DNA from: an uncultured delta proteobacterium
GTDB taxonomy: Bacteria > Desulfobacterota > Zymogenia > Zymogenales > Zymogenaceae
DNA: 64,000 nt
Direction: 5' to 3'
Assembly (NCBI GenBank): GCA_963735595.1
Contig: CAVTLK010000001.1
Span: 227,008 to 291,007 of the forward strand
The notes under the pieces are model-generated. The model was not told the DNA's origin and ran no database searches. It saw only the letters and a list, made by a program, of their open reading frames with translations. Within the stretch, counting starts at the first letter, position 1. The number at the start of each line of letters is the position of its first letter. Below are positions 30,702 to 41,700 of the stretch, in pieces. Both the position numbers and the translations under genes were made by a program.

Positions 30702-32486
30702 ATGAAACAGGGTGTCATTATCAAGGTTTCGGGACCCCTTGTGGTTGCCGATAATATGTCCGACTCCAAAATGTTTGACGTGGTGAAGGTGAGCGATGAG
30801 GGACTCATCGGCGAGATCATCGAGCTCCACGGCGACAAGGCCTTTATCCAGGTCTATGAAGAGACCGGGGGTATAGGCCCGGGCGATCCGGTCTACCCGA
30901 CTTATATGCCGCTCTCGGTGGAGCTTGGGCCGGGACTGGTTACGTCGATTTACGATGGAATCCAGAGACCGCTTTCCGTTATCAAGGATCAGGTCGGCGA
31001 TTATATAACCCGGGGAGTCGTGGCCGCGCCTCTCGACCACAACAAGGTCTGGGACTTCACGGCGACCGCCAAGGAAGGCGACGAAGTCGTGACGGGAGAC
31101 ATCCTGGGAGAAATCAAGGAGACGGTCGCCGTTGTTCACCGGATCATTGTGCCGCACGGCGTGAAGGGAAAGATAAAGAAGCTCAAATCGGGACAATATA
31201 AGATCGACGATACCGTCTGCGATGTTGAGACCAAGGACGGCATCAAGAATATCACGATGGTGCAGAAGTGGCCCGTCCGCGTTCCGCGTCCCTATAAACG
31301 AAAGCTCCGGCCCGAAAATCTCCTGATCACAGGACAGCGGGTCGTGGACGCATTCTTCCCGCTGGCGAAGGGTGGAACGGCGTGCGTTCCCGGCCCGTTC
31401 GGGAGCGGCAAGACCGTTATCCAGCACCAGCTGGCCAAGTGGGCGGATGCCGAGATCATCGTCTATATCGGGTGCGGTGAGCGAGGAAATGAGATGACGG
31501 ACGTTCTCCTGGAATTCCCGCACCTCAAAGACCCGAAATCGGGAGCGACGCTCATCAACCGAACCGTCCTTATCGCCAACACCTCAAACATGCCGGTTGC
31601 TGCGCGGGAGGCCTCGGTCTATACGGGGATCACGATCGCGGAGTATTTCCGCGATATGGGATACTCGGTGGCCGTCATGGCCGACTCGACGTCCCGGTGG
31701 GCGGAGGCGATGCGCGAGATATCGGGACGTCTTGAAGAGATGCCCGGTGAGGAAGGATATCCGGCGTACCTCGGCACCAGGATCGCGGAGTTCTACGAGC
31801 GCTCGGGGCGGGTATCGGTCCTCTGCTCGGGGAACCGTGAGGGCAACCTCTCGACAATCGGCGCCGTCTCACCTCCGGGCGGTGACCTTTCCGACCCGGT
31901 CGTTCAGGCGACGCTCAGGGTCGTCAAGGTGTTCTGGAGCCTCGAAGATAAGCTTGCGTTTCAGCGGCACTTCCCGGCCATTTCGTGGCTCAACAGCTAT
32001 TCGCTCTACCATGAGAATCTCGAAGCGAGCCTCAGGAAAGAGGTGGCCCATGATATCGTGGAAACACGGCAGGAAGCCATGAAGATACTCCAGGAAGAGG
32101 CTGAGCTGGCCGAAATCGTAAAACTGGTCGGCGTCGATTCCCTTTCCCCGGGCGACCGGATTACCCTGGAAACGGCGCGTTCGCTGCGTGAAGACTTCCT
32201 TCATCAAAACGCGTTCCATGAAGTGGATTCGTACTGCTCGTCAAAGAAGATGAACACCATGCTCAAGCTCATCCTGAAGCTTCATCACTTATCGCTTGAT
32301 GCGCTGCATGGAGGGGTTCCCTTTGAAGAGTTAGCCAAGATAAAGGTAAAAGAGGATATCGCGCGATCTAAGTATATCCCTGAAGACCAGGCTGCTCAGC
32401 TTGATAAGATCGAGAAGAACGCGGAGAGCGAGATTGAGGTCCTCAGAAATATGTACGGCCAAAAGGAAGTCGTACTGGGCTTTTAG
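30702..32486 (+). CDS. atpA: V/A-type ATPase catalytic subunit A
   Basis: Walker [10 protein letters not shown], plus the non-homologous insert region typical of A subunits. 594 aa. Confidence 0.95.
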   Translation: MKQGVIIKVSGPLVVADNMSDSKMFDVVKVSDEGLIGEIIELHGDKAFIQVYEETGGIGPGDPVYPTYMPLSVELGPGLVTSIYDGIQRPLSVIKDQVGDYITRGVVAAPLDHNKVWDFTATAKEGDEVVTGDILGEIKETVAVVHRIIVPHGVKGKIKKLKSGQYKIDDTVCDVETKDGIKNITMVQKWPVRVPRPYKRKLRPENLLITGQRVVDAFFPLAKGGTACVPGPFGSGKTVIQHQLAKWADAEIIVYIGCGERGNEMTDVLLEFPHLKDPKSGATLINRTVLIANTSNMPVAAREASVYTGITIAEYFRDMGYSVAVMADSTSRWAEAMREISGRLEEMPGEEGYPAYLGTRIAEFYERSGRVSVLCSGNREGNLSTIGAVSPPGGDLSDPVVQATLRVVKVFWSLEDKLAFQRHFPAISWLNSYSLYHENLEASLRKEVAHDIVETRQEAMKILQEEAELAEIVKLVGVDSLSPGDRITLETARSLREDFLHQNAFHEVDSYCSSKKMNTMLKLILKLHHLSLDALHGGVPFEELAKIKVKEDIARSKYIPEDQAAQLDKIEKNAESEIEVLRNMYGQKEVVLGF

Positions 32487-32511
32487 ATAATTACAGGGGA
32501 GCTATCTTCAG

Positions 32512-33909
32512 ATGCAAAAGGAATATCTTACCATAAAAGATATATACGGCCCGCTGGTCATCGTCGAGGGTGTAGAGGGAGTGAAGTACGAGGAGCTGGT
32601 GACGGTGGAACTGAAAAACGGCGACAAACGGGCCGGTAAAGTCCTCGAGGTGGACGGCGACAAGGCAATGATCCAGCTGTTCGAGGGGACGACGGGCGTG
32701 GATATTTATACCTCCCGGGTCCGCTTCCTGGGCAGGGGAATCCAGATCGCCCTGTCGGAGGATATCCTCGGCCGGGTATTCGATGGGATGGCAAATCCGA
32801 TAGACGACGGACCCCAGATCATCGCCGAAAAGCGCATTGATATCAACGGCGACCCGATCAATCCGTACGCTCGCGACTATCCCGAGGAGTTCATACAGAC
32901 CGGGATCTCGTCAATCGACGGCCTCAATACGCTGGTCCGCGGTCAGAAGCTCCCGATATTTTCCGGGTCGGGCCTCCCGCACAACCGGCTTGCCGCTCAG
33001 ATCGCGCGACAGGCAAAGGTGCGCGGCTCGGGCGAGAGCTTCGCGGTGGTTTTTGCGGCCATGGGCATCACGTTTGAAGAGGCCAATTACTTCATCCTCG
33101 AATTCAACAAGACCGGCGCTATCGACCGATCGGTTCTCTTCCTCAACCTGGCCAACGACCCGGCCCTCGAGCGCGTGGCGACCCCGAGAATGGCGCTGAC
33201 CGCGGCCGAATACCTCGCCTTTGACAAGGGTATGCACGTGCTGGTTATACTTACGGATATGACCAACTACTGCGAGGCGCTGCGGGAGATATCGGCGGCC
33301 CGAAAGGAGATCCCGGGACGCCGCGGATACCCGGGCTACCTGTATACCGACCTTTCGACGATCTACGAACGGGCCGGCAAGATCCAGGGGAAAAGCGGAT
33401 CCATTACCCAGATCCCGATCCTGACCATGCCCGAGGATGACAAGACACACCCGATCCCGGACCTGACCGGTTACATTACGGAGGGACAGATTATCCTGTC
33501 CAGGGTCCTGTATCGCAAGAACGTTATGCCCCCCATCGACGTGCTGCCTTCGCTTTCCCGCCTCAAAGATAAAGGCATGGGCAAAGACAAGACCCGCGAG
33601 GACCACGCGGACGTCAACAACCAGCTGTTTGCGGCGTACGCCCGCGGAAAGGAAGCCCAGGAGCTTGCGGTCATCCTCGGTGAAGCGGCGCTCTCGGAAA
33701 TCGACAAGATGTTCTTTGATTTTGCAAATACCTTTGAGATGAGCTACGTCTCACAGGGTGAATATGACGATCGCAGCATCGAGGAGACCCTGGACCTTGG
33801 TTGGAAGCTCCTGTCGGTCTTTCCGACCGGCGAGCTCAAGCGTATCAGGGCCGAATACCTCAGCAAGTACCTGCCGAGATTCAAGAAGGAAGAAGCGGCA
33901 GCCGACTAA
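32512..33909 (+). CDS. atpB: V/A-type ATPase subunit B
   Basis: 465 aa, conserved B-subunit sequence ([16 protein letters not shown]...). SD AGGGGAG. Confidence 0.95.
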   Translation: MQKEYLTIKDIYGPLVIVEGVEGVKYEELVTVELKNGDKRAGKVLEVDGDKAMIQLFEGTTGVDIYTSRVRFLGRGIQIALSEDILGRVFDGMANPIDDGPQIIAEKRIDINGDPINPYARDYPEEFIQTGISSIDGLNTLVRGQKLPIFSGSGLPHNRLAAQIARQAKVRGSGESFAVVFAAMGITFEEANYFILEFNKTGAIDRSVLFLNLANDPALERVATPRMALTAAEYLAFDKGMHVLVILTDMTNYCEALREISAARKEIPGRRGYPGYLYTDLSTIYERAGKIQGKSGSITQIPILTMPEDDKTHPIPDLTGYITEGQIILSRVLYRKNVMPPIDVLPSLSRLKDKGMGKDKTREDHADVNNQLFAAYARGKEAQELAVILGEAALSEIDKMFFDFANTFEMSYVSQGEYDDRSIEETLDLGWKLLSVFPTGELKRIRAEYLSKYLPRFKKEEAAAD

Positions 33910-34032
33910 TCCCGATATACGGAAAGGGTTGCGTTACGGTGAATACAGGTAGCGCACGTAATTGCGCTATCAGGTAAGGACGGATTTTGAATTGCCCGAC
34001 TGTGGGACATAACAGGAAGACAGCGTAGCCAT

Positions 34033-34653
34033 ATGAAACTTAACGTTAATAGCACACGGATGGAGCTCATGAGGCTTAAGAAACGCCTCATCGTCGCGCA
34101 GCGCGGCCATAAGCTCCTCAAGGACAAGCAGGACGAGTTGATGCGCCAGTTCATGGAGATCATCGAGGAGACGCGGACCATCCGGGCCAAGATTGAAAAG
34201 GACCTCTCCGATATCTTAAAACGGTTTATACATATCAACTCGTACATGGGATCGGAGCGGGTTTACGAGGCACTCGTACTTCCGTCGGTAAAGATAGACC
34301 TCACTGTCAGGGTAATCTCCATTATGAACGTAAAGGTGCCGGAGATTACCTTCAAGCAGGAAGGATCGGTCAGATGTTACGGGTATGCGGAGACGTCCGG
34401 GGAACTGGACCTCTACCTGATTGATCTGGGCAGGATATTCGGTGATATGATACGGCTGGCGCAAAATGAGAAGCGCGCCGAGCTCCTGGCCGATGAGCTG
34501 GTAAAGACACGGCGTCGCGTCAATGCACTTGAGTACGTCCTGATACCTAATATTAAGGAGACCGTCCGGTATATCACGATTAAACTCGACGAGATGGAGC
34601 GTTCAAACCTCTCGCGCCTTATGAAGGTGAAGGACATCGTACGGGCGAAATAA
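34033..34653 (+). CDS. atpD: V/A-type ATPase subunit D (central stalk)
   Basis: 206-aa coiled coil, MKLNVNSTRMELMRLKKRL... Confidence 0.85.
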   Translation: MKLNVNSTRMELMRLKKRLIVAQRGHKLLKDKQDELMRQFMEIIEETRTIRAKIEKDLSDILKRFIHINSYMGSERVYEALVLPSVKIDLTVRVISIMNVKVPEITFKQEGSVRCYGYAETSGELDLYLIDLGRIFGDMIRLAQNEKRAELLADELVKTRRRVNALEYVLIPNIKETVRYITIKLDEMERSNLSRLMKVKDIVRAK

Positions 34654-34662
34654 GATGCCCCT

Positions 34663-34740
34663 AAAAGCCCCGCGAGCCTCACGAGGCTCCTTTCGGGGCT
34701 TTAAATATAGACAGACGGCCGAAAGGCCGTCTTTTTTATT
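34663..34740 (+). terminator. Tandem hairpins ending the V-ATPase operon; the second is a canonical rho-independent terminator
   Basis: AAAGCCCCGCGAGCCTCacgGAGGCTCCTTTCGGGGCTTT, then GACGGCCgaaaGGCCGTCTTTTTT. Confidence 0.7.
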
Positions 34741-34844
34741 GTCACTGCCGGACAACTCGACTACTATTAGTTCACGGGAATCTCCGGGGCCTTCCGATAA
34801 TTCGGATTATAATGTATCGTAACCCGTTGGGGAGGAACTGACGA

Positions 34845-35204
34845 ATGTTATGCTCTTCGTGCGGCCAGACAAACGCCGATGACGTCCGTGTATGTTCGAA
34901 GTGCGGCGCCGAGCTGGGATCGGGCCGAAATCCGGGGACGGATAAACCCTATCTCTCGAACTACCTGGCGCCCGCGGTCATTGTCACCTTCATCTGCTGT
35001 ATGCCGCTGGGTGCGGTGGCGCTTATCTTTGCCGCTCAGGTCAACGGGCGCCAGATTGCCGGCCAATGGGAAGAGGCCAGGAAATCGTCGGAAAGCGCGC
35101 GCCTCTGGTGTTGGATCGCCTTCGGAGTGGGCATCGTCTTCTGGACACTCTACATCACGCTCATAATAGTCATCATGATCCTCGGAAGCAAGGGGCAGTT
35201 GTGA
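34845..35204 (+). CDS. CD225/dispanin-family membrane protein with an N-terminal zinc-ribbon
   Basis: N-terminus CSSCG...CSKCG. Then FICCMPLGAVALIFAAQV...W and a second TM, the hallmark of the dispanin/CD225 fold. Confidence 0.65.
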   Translation: MLCSSCGQTNADDVRVCSKCGAELGSGRNPGTDKPYLSNYLAPAVIVTFICCMPLGAVALIFAAQVNGRQIAGQWEEARKSSESARLWCWIAFGVGIVFWTLYITLIIVIMILGSKGQL

Positions 35205-35205
35205 C

Positions 35206-35634
35206 GTGGTGAGAGACCGGATTGTATTGCAGGGTCGGAAGGGGAGTATAGCTGCCGTTGCTATGGTTCTCGCCATCGGCGCCGTGTGTATTATCCTCTT
35301 TTTCATCGATCCGGGAACGTCGTCGATGCTGCCGCCCTGTCCCTTCCACTGGTTGACAGGCCTATGGTGTCCCGGATGCGGGTCCGTCCGGGCACTTCAC
35401 GCATTGCTGCATGCCGACATACTGCAGGCCCTTGATTTTAACCCGCTCATGGTTATGTCGCTGCCGCTTCTCGGCTACGCCGGGATGTCATGGTTGTGTC
35501 TCTATACCCGGGGTAGACTGCTCCCAAGGATATTCACCGGTCGATACTGGGGGTGGCTTGTTGTTAGCCTTGTTCTCGTCTACTGGGTCGTGAGAAATAT
35601 ACCCGTCTATCCCCTTACCATACTATCCCCCTAA
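35206..35634 (+). CDS. DUF2752-family membrane protein
   Basis: Reads CPFHWLTGLWCPGCGSVRA, the signature of DUF2752. The gene is separated by 1 nt from the CD225 gene, a recurrent pairing. Confidence 0.6.
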   Translation: MVRDRIVLQGRKGSIAAVAMVLAIGAVCIILFFIDPGTSSMLPPCPFHWLTGLWCPGCGSVRALHALLHADILQALDFNPLMVMSLPLLGYAGMSWLCLYTRGRLLPRIFTGRYWGWLVVSLVLVYWVVRNIPVYPLTILSP

Positions 35635-35749
35635 CTATCTACCCATATATCATACCGACTTTACTCGATTTACCTCCGGGCAGGCTCAATCAAATAGATG
35701 AGCCGGTTTAGTAAACAGTATAGGGAGAATTCGAGATATATCTTATGCC

Positions 35750-35778
35750 TTGACAATGGGACGGAAATAGCATAATTT
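35750..35778 (+). promoter_or_regulatory. Sigma-70-like promoter upstream of murI
   Basis: TTGACA - 17 nt - TAATTT, about 28 nt upstream of the GTG start. Confidence 0.4.
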
Positions 35779-35805
35779 GAAACGTTACTTACAGAAGCAG
35801 GTACC

Positions 35806-36633
35806 GTGAAAGAAAAGGAACATCACATCTCACAAAACGGTTCCATCGGGGTATTCGATTCGGGGGTAGGGGGGCTCACCGTGCTTCGCGAGATCGTCCG
35901 GGCCCTCCCGAACGAGGACTGCGTGTACCTCGGCGATACTGCGCGATTGCCCTACGGAAACAAATCCCGGGACACCGTTACCAAGTTTGCCCTCCAGAAC
36001 TCAAGATTCCTCGTGTCGCTCGGGATAAAATTCCTGGTCATCGCGTGTAATACCGCCGCATCGGCGGGGCTCGATGCCGTCAAAGATAGCTTCGACATAC
36101 CGACTACGGGTGTCATAAAACCGGAAGCGCTGAGGGCCGCCAGGACTACGAAAAACCGAAAGGTCGGTGTAATCGGCACAAGGTCAACGATAGCCAGCGG
36201 CGCTTACGAGCGAGAAATACACCGTCATGATTCGGGCATAACGGTCATCACCAAGCCGTGCCCCCTCTTTGTCCCGCTGGCCGAGGAGGGATGGTTTGAA
36301 GAAGACGTAACACGTACAATTGCAGAGCGCTATCTTGCCGATCTCATTGGCGAGGAAGTAGATACGCTCGTGCTTGGGTGCACGCACTACCCGCTCCTCA
36401 AAAAGGTGATCGCCGAGACGATGGGCCGTGACGTGGCCCTGATCGATTCGGCGGGTCCGATCGCACGGGAAGTGAAGGATACGCTCGAATCGATGAGAAT
36501 GCTGAGAGACGAAAATACACTGCGGCATCTCACCTATTACGTTACCGATGACCCAAAGATATTTACACGGGTCGGAGAATCATTTCTGGGATTTCCCCTC
36601 GAAGACGTTCGGCACGTCGATATTGCGGTTTGA
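35806..36633 (+). CDS. murI: Glutamate racemase
   Basis: Reads GVFDSGVGGLTVLREI...LVIACNTA...LGCTHYP. Confidence 0.9.
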   Translation: MKEKEHHISQNGSIGVFDSGVGGLTVLREIVRALPNEDCVYLGDTARLPYGNKSRDTVTKFALQNSRFLVSLGIKFLVIACNTAASAGLDAVKDSFDIPTTGVIKPEALRAARTTKNRKVGVIGTRSTIASGAYEREIHRHDSGITVITKPCPLFVPLAEEGWFEEDVTRTIAERYLADLIGEEVDTLVLGCTHYPLLKKVIAETMGRDVALIDSAGPIAREVKDTLESMRMLRDENTLRHLTYYVTDDPKIFTRVGESFLGFPLEDVRHVDIAV

Positions 36634-36666
36634 TGAGATTGCGACCGACACGTGGAGAATACGAGT

Positions 36667-38706
36667 ATGGCGGGTGAAGGCAGGTTAAAAAAGATCCGAA
36701 ATATCGGGATCATATCCCATATTGATGCGGGGAAGACTACCGTCACCGAAAGGATACTCTACTATACCGGTGTTTCGTATAAGATCGGGGAAGTTCATGA
36801 CGGCCAGGCGATCATGGATTGGATGCCTCAGGAACAGGAGCGGGGGATTACCATTAGCAGCGCAACGACCACCTGCCAGTGGCTCGACCATGAGATTCAT
36901 ATTATCGATACTCCGGGACATGTCGATTTTACGATAGAGGTTGAACGGTCGCTCAGGGTCCTGGACGGGGCAATCGCTATATTCTCGGCAGTGGAGGGAG
37001 TGGAGCCCCAGTCGGAGACCGTTTGGCACCAGGCGGACCGGTATCGCGTTCCACGGATCGCATTTATCAACAAGATGGATCGCGTTGGCTCCAACCTCTT
37101 TGCCGTCCTTGATATGATCGTTGAAAAACTGGGAGTTAAGCCGCTTCTCATGCAGCTCCCGATCGGGACAGAGGCCGATTTCACGGGAATCGTGGATCTC
37201 ATTGGCATGAAGAGCTTTACGTTTTCTCAGGACGATCTCGGCGTAACGGTAAATACGGCCGATGTGACCGATCCTATAAGGGATGAAGCCCTACGAATGC
37301 GTGAAAGGATTATCGAAGCGGCGGCGGATATTGAAGACGGGCTGGCCGAGAAGTATCTCGAAGACGGAGATGTCTCGGCAGAGGAGATACGGGCAGCCCT
37401 GAGAAAGGGAGTAATCGGGGGTACGATCGTTCCCGTCTTTATCGGATCGGGACTTAAGAACAAAGGAATACAGCCGTTACTTGACGCCGTCGTAGATTAC
37501 CTCCCGTCACCGCTGGACGTACCGCCCGTGGAAGGAGTAAATCCCGAGACCGGCAACGTCGAGATCAGGCAGAGCAGCGACTCGGAGGCATCGGCGGCGC
37601 TCGCCTTTAAGGTCCAGATGGACGGCGGGAGGAAAGTCACCTACTTCCGAGTATACTCGGGCGTGCTCAAGGCAGGAGAGGAGGTCTATAACCCCCGGCT
37701 CAAACATCCCGAGAAGATCGCCCGGCTGCTGAAGATCCATGCCAACAGAAAAGAACGGATCGACGTGGCCAGGGCCGGTGATATCGCGGCGGCCATGGGA
37801 CTGAAGGATACCGCAACAGGTGATACTCTGTGCGATAAGGACAGACCGATCCTGCTTGAATCGATATCGTTTATGGACCCGGTCATCAGCATGGCCATTG
37901 AGCCCAAGACCGTCCTCGACCAGGAAAAGCTGGCCGATTCACTCGAAAAGCTCGTAGAAGAAGATCCGACACTGTCGGTATCGGTCAACGAAGATACGGG
38001 CCAGACGATCATATCAGGTATGGGAGAGCTTCACCTTGAAATCCTGATCGATCGACTCAAACGGGAGTTTAACGTATCTGCAAATGTCGGAAAACCGCAG
38101 GTGGTCTACCGCGAAACAATTATGGAGCCCTCGATGTCGGAAATTACCCTCGATCGCGAGATCGCGGGCCAGGCGCGGTATGCGAAGGTCTCGGTTCTCA
38201 TGGAGCCGCAGGAGCGGGGTAAGGGGGTGGATGTTAAGAGCCGAATCGAGCCGGATGTTTTCCCGTCGAAGCTTATTGAGGCCGCTCTTTCTGCTATGGA
38301 AGATGCGTCGCTATCAGGTCCGATCCTCGGCTATCCGCTCCACGACGTCAAGCTCAGGCTGCTCTCGGCGGAAAAACGAGACGGCGTCAGCGACGAGATG
38401 GCGTTTTCGATAGCCGCCGGCATGGCCGTAAAGGAGGCCGCGCGAAGCGGTCATCCCTTGCTCCTTGAGCCGATTATGGTTGTCGATATAGTTACGCCCG
38501 AGGAATTCATGGGAGAGATCATCGGTGACCTGAATGGGCGGGGCGGTCACTTGAGGGGAATAGATACTCGCGGTAAAATAAAGGACATCAAGGCCGACGT
38601 TCCACTATCAAGGATGTTCGGGTACTCCACGTCTCTGAGATCATTCAGCCAGGGTAGGGCAACCTTCAGCATGCACTTTTCGCGTTACGACAGCATGGAG
38701 GATTGA
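36667..38706 (+). CDS. Elongation factor G family GTPase, probably an EF-G2-type paralog given its position outside the str operon
   Basis: Reads [47 protein letters not shown]. Full five-domain length. Start chosen at the ATG at 36667 with SD GGAGAA; an alternative GTG lies at 36652. Confidence 0.85.
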   Translation: MAGEGRLKKIRNIGIISHIDAGKTTVTERILYYTGVSYKIGEVHDGQAIMDWMPQEQERGITISSATTTCQWLDHEIHIIDTPGHVDFTIEVERSLRVLDGAIAIFSAVEGVEPQSETVWHQADRYRVPRIAFINKMDRVGSNLFAVLDMIVEKLGVKPLLMQLPIGTEADFTGIVDLIGMKSFTFSQDDLGVTVNTADVTDPIRDEALRMRERIIEAAADIEDGLAEKYLEDGDVSAEEIRAALRKGVIGGTIVPVFIGSGLKNKGIQPLLDAVVDYLPSPLDVPPVEGVNPETGNVEIRQSSDSEASAALAFKVQMDGGRKVTYFRVYSGVLKAGEEVYNPRLKHPEKIARLLKIHANRKERIDVARAGDIAAAMGLKDTATGDTLCDKDRPILLESISFMDPVISMAIEPKTVLDQEKLADSLEKLVEEDPTLSVSVNEDTGQTIISGMGELHLEILIDRLKREFNVSANVGKPQVVYRETIMEPSMSEITLDREIAGQARYAKVSVLMEPQERGKGVDVKSRIEPDVFPSKLIEAALSAMEDASLSGPILGYPLHDVKLRLLSAEKRDGVSDEMAFSIAAGMAVKEAARSGHPLLLEPIMVVDIVTPEEFMGEIIGDLNGRGGHLRGIDTRGKIKDIKADVPLSRMFGYSTSLRSFSQGRATFSMHFSRYDSMED

Positions 38707-38707
38707 C

Positions 38708-39469
38708 ATGAGGCGTATATTCTATAACCTGGTATTTCCGCTCTATATACCCTTCTTCTTCCTTTTCGTCTCCATGAGTACCTTTTTCTTCGGAACGATC
38801 GTTATAATCCTTGCGTTCATTCCCGGGTTGGACCCGAAGAGAAATATCGGCAACTGGATCGGGCGTCTGTGGTCGTGGATGAACCTCGGGCTTTCGGGGA
38901 CCTCGGTCGAGATGAGAGGACGATCCAAGATCGATCCGGAACATTCTTACGTTGTCATGTCCAACCATCAGAGCCACTTCGATGTGTGGGCGCTCATCGC
39001 CTATCTCCCGCTGCAGCTTCGGTGGGTTATGAAGATTGAACTGAGGTCAATCCCGATCTTTGGACTCGGCTGCGAGAAACTCGGGATGATATATGTTGAT
39101 CGAGGGGATTCGGCAAAATCGCGTGAGAGCCTGGAGGTGGCCAAGGAAAAAATCAGGGCCGGCGCCTCTGTGGTCTTTTTCCCTGAAGGCACGCGCAGTC
39201 CCGACGGACTTGTTCACGAGTTTAAGAAGGGCGGCTTTGTGATGGCTCTTGCCACAGAGACGCCGATTCTTCCGATAACTATTAATGGGAGCAGATACGC
39301 CCTTCCAAAAGACATGCCCCTTCTTATGAAGCCCGGCGACATAGAGATTATCATTCACGACCCGGTCGAAGTATCGGGCCTCACCTACGAAGACCGGGAC
39401 GAGTTGATGGACAGGATCAGGAAAACGATAGAGGCGGATCTCGATCTCGAATACGGGAGAATCGTGTAA
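38708..39469 (+). CDS. plsC: 1-acyl-sn-glycerol-3-phosphate acyltransferase (lysophospholipid acyltransferase)
   Basis: Reads NHQSHFD (HX4D), FPEGTRS, and an N-terminal TM. Confidence 0.8.
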   Translation: MRRIFYNLVFPLYIPFFFLFVSMSTFFFGTIVIILAFIPGLDPKRNIGNWIGRLWSWMNLGLSGTSVEMRGRSKIDPEHSYVVMSNHQSHFDVWALIAYLPLQLRWVMKIELRSIPIFGLGCEKLGMIYVDRGDSAKSRESLEVAKEKIRAGASVVFFPEGTRSPDGLVHEFKKGGFVMALATETPILPITINGSRYALPKDMPLLMKPGDIEIIIHDPVEVSGLTYEDRDELMDRIRKTIEADLDLEYGRIV

Positions 39470-39512
39470 TAGGTAATCGATACGCATCGCTAATTCAACA
39501 AAGGACTGTTAC

Positions 39513-41537
39513 ATGAAGAAACATCCGATAGCAATTCTTTTACTGTTCCTTTTCCTTCTTTACCCCGTTTGCACCATCGCCGCGGATGATCCAGACCAGC
39601 TCTTCGAGCAGGGCGTCGCGGCATTCAATAGCGGTAAGTACGACGAGGCCATTTCCCTCTGGGAGCGGGCGCTGCCACTCTATAGGGAGGGCGGAGATAC
39701 CGAGCATGAAGCGATGATTCTCAACAACATAGGGCTGGTCCGGTTCTATTTACATCAATACGATGAGTCGGTCGGTTATTTCAAGGATGCCCTTGCCATT
39801 GATCGTAAACGGGGGATATCAAAAGACATCACGACGGATCTCCAAAACCTTGGCATGGCCTATTCGGCGTTGAGGGAATATGGGCAGGCCCTTTCTGCGT
39901 TCAAGGAGGCGGCGGAGATTGCCGACAGCGTCGGCGATATTGAGGCGCGGGCCAATAACCTCTACCGGATAGCTATTACCAATGTCTCTCTGGGTATGTA
40001 TGGCGAGGCCGGAGGCTACTTCATAGCGGCATCGGACCTCCACCGGGGGATCAGGGACAGGAACGGCTACGCGCTCGATCTCATGGGACTGGGGGATGTC
40101 TATGCGGCCCTGGGCCGGTTCGACAAGGCACTCGAAAATTACGAAGAGGCTCTGAAGGTAAGGGAAGTCCTGGGCGAACTGGAACCATATGTCAGTACAA
40201 AAATAAAGATAGCCCGCGCATACGGAAACAACGGCCGCTATGACGAGGCCCTCGATTATCTGCGCCAGGCCAAGAAAGACGCGAAGGAAGCGAAAGAAGG
40301 GGAGGGTGATGCGTTGGCGTCAGAAATCGCTTCGGCCTGGGGTGACGTGCTCAACTGGTCGGGCGACTCGGAGGGCGCGTTGGCGTCCTTTGACGAGGCG
40401 CTTGTACTGATGAAGAAACGTAACGACTTTTCCGGCGCGGGGATGATACTGACGAACCAGGGAATACTCCTCAGCGAGCTCCTTAGATTCCCCGAGGCGA
40501 AGAAATCCTTTGAGGACGCACGGCTAATCTATCAGGTAGGCAAGGATCCGAGGAATGAGGCAAAGATCCTCATAAATCTCGGTAACCTCGCGAACGGGAC
40601 CGGCGATCCTGACGGTGCGTTAGCCTTCTATCTGGAAGCGGATAGGCTCCTCGTGGGAGAAAAGGGGGGCGCGGTATCGGGTGTGAACTACCTCGGTATC
40701 GGTGAGACATACGTGAAGATAAAGGAATTCAAGAAGGCACGGGCATACTTTGAGAAGGCGGGCAGGCTGCTGGCCGACGAACGGGATAAACGATATACAG
40801 CCAAGATCGACGCGTATATCGGTGTGTTGGATTATTTCGAAGCAAATTACGCCTCATCGGTTACCCGTTTTAACGATGCACTAACGATACTCCGTAAAGA
40901 AAACGCTCGAACGCTCGTCGCGGATATCCTCGTTGGGACGGGAATGGCGTTGGTAGCGATAAATCGACCGGAAGTGGCCTCCGGGTATTTCATCGAGGCA
41001 AAACGGCTTGCAGATGATCTCTCAATCGGACCTGTCGGATGGCGGGCGGTTTACGGGGATGGGGTTATAAAGGAAATGGCGGGTGATGCCGCTACGGCCG
41101 GGGCGCGCTATGAGGACGCGCTATTTCGCTTCTCGGGAATGCCGGACGTTACGCCGACTCTCTATGGGTCGCGTATTGTGACAACCGACGACCTGCTCGA
41201 TAAGCTTTCAAAAGCTCCGGGGGATGGCGGTACGGGGACGGTTGATCGGACCGGGCTAAATGAGGGGCTGAACGGTATCACGGGTCTCTTTATCGGCGTT
41301 ACGGAGCCGGCGACCGCGAAGGAGGAGGTCATCGTCGGGAAGCTGAGAAACGCTGTAGGCGAGGCTAACTACCTTTCAAGGAGGCTGGCCGACGATGAAT
41401 ATCGAAAGGGGAATAACACGGATATATTTACCAGGAAACTCCTGTCGGCCCAGGGAGAATACCTCAAGCTGCTCGATGAGGTGAGGGAGAAAGAGCCGGA
41501 ACTTTGGGAGAGGTACTTCCAGGCCCTGTACGAATAG
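39513..41537 (+). CDS. Secreted tetratricopeptide-repeat (TPR) protein
   Basis: Signal peptide, then >10 TPR-like repeats (W-LG-Y ... A-F ... P patterns). 674 aa. Confidence 0.7.
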   Translation: MKKHPIAILLLFLFLLYPVCTIAADDPDQLFEQGVAAFNSGKYDEAISLWERALPLYREGGDTEHEAMILNNIGLVRFYLHQYDESVGYFKDALAIDRKRGISKDITTDLQNLGMAYSALREYGQALSAFKEAAEIADSVGDIEARANNLYRIAITNVSLGMYGEAGGYFIAASDLHRGIRDRNGYALDLMGLGDVYAALGRFDKALENYEEALKVREVLGELEPYVSTKIKIARAYGNNGRYDEALDYLRQAKKDAKEAKEGEGDALASEIASAWGDVLNWSGDSEGALASFDEALVLMKKRNDFSGAGMILTNQGILLSELLRFPEAKKSFEDARLIYQVGKDPRNEAKILINLGNLANGTGDPDGALAFYLEADRLLVGEKGGAVSGVNYLGIGETYVKIKEFKKARAYFEKAGRLLADERDKRYTAKIDAYIGVLDYFEANYASSVTRFNDALTILRKENARTLVADILVGTGMALVAINRPEVASGYFIEAKRLADDLSIGPVGWRAVYGDGVIKEMAGDAATAGARYEDALFRFSGMPDVTPTLYGSRIVTTDDLLDKLSKAPGDGGTGTVDRTGLNEGLNGITGLFIGVTEPATAKEEVIVGKLRNAVGEANYLSRRLADDEYRKGNNTDIFTRKLLSAQGEYLKLLDEVREKEPELWERYFQALYE

Positions 41538-41612
41538 GCACTGGTGAAGATGGAAGCGGCGTAGACGGATAGGCGGTTACGGTCGCCGTAAGCCCTCTTG
41601 GATAATAAATAA

Positions 41613-41657
41613 GAATAAAAAGTGGGGAAGGCAAAAAGCCTTCCCCACTTTTGTTTT
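41613..41657. terminator. Bidirectional intrinsic terminator between the convergent TPR gene and acs
   Basis: AAAAAGTGGGGAAGGcaaaaaGCCTTCCCCACTTTTGTTTTT, an A-run and a T-run flanking a 15-bp stem. Confidence 0.75.
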
Positions 41658-41700
41658 TCGAACGAGCAAACGGAAAAAGATCCGTCCGCGACAATCGGGA

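Noticed and set aside
30537-31523. 328-aa minus-strand ORF
   Set aside because: It is antisense to the catalytic A subunit (Walker A on the plus strand).
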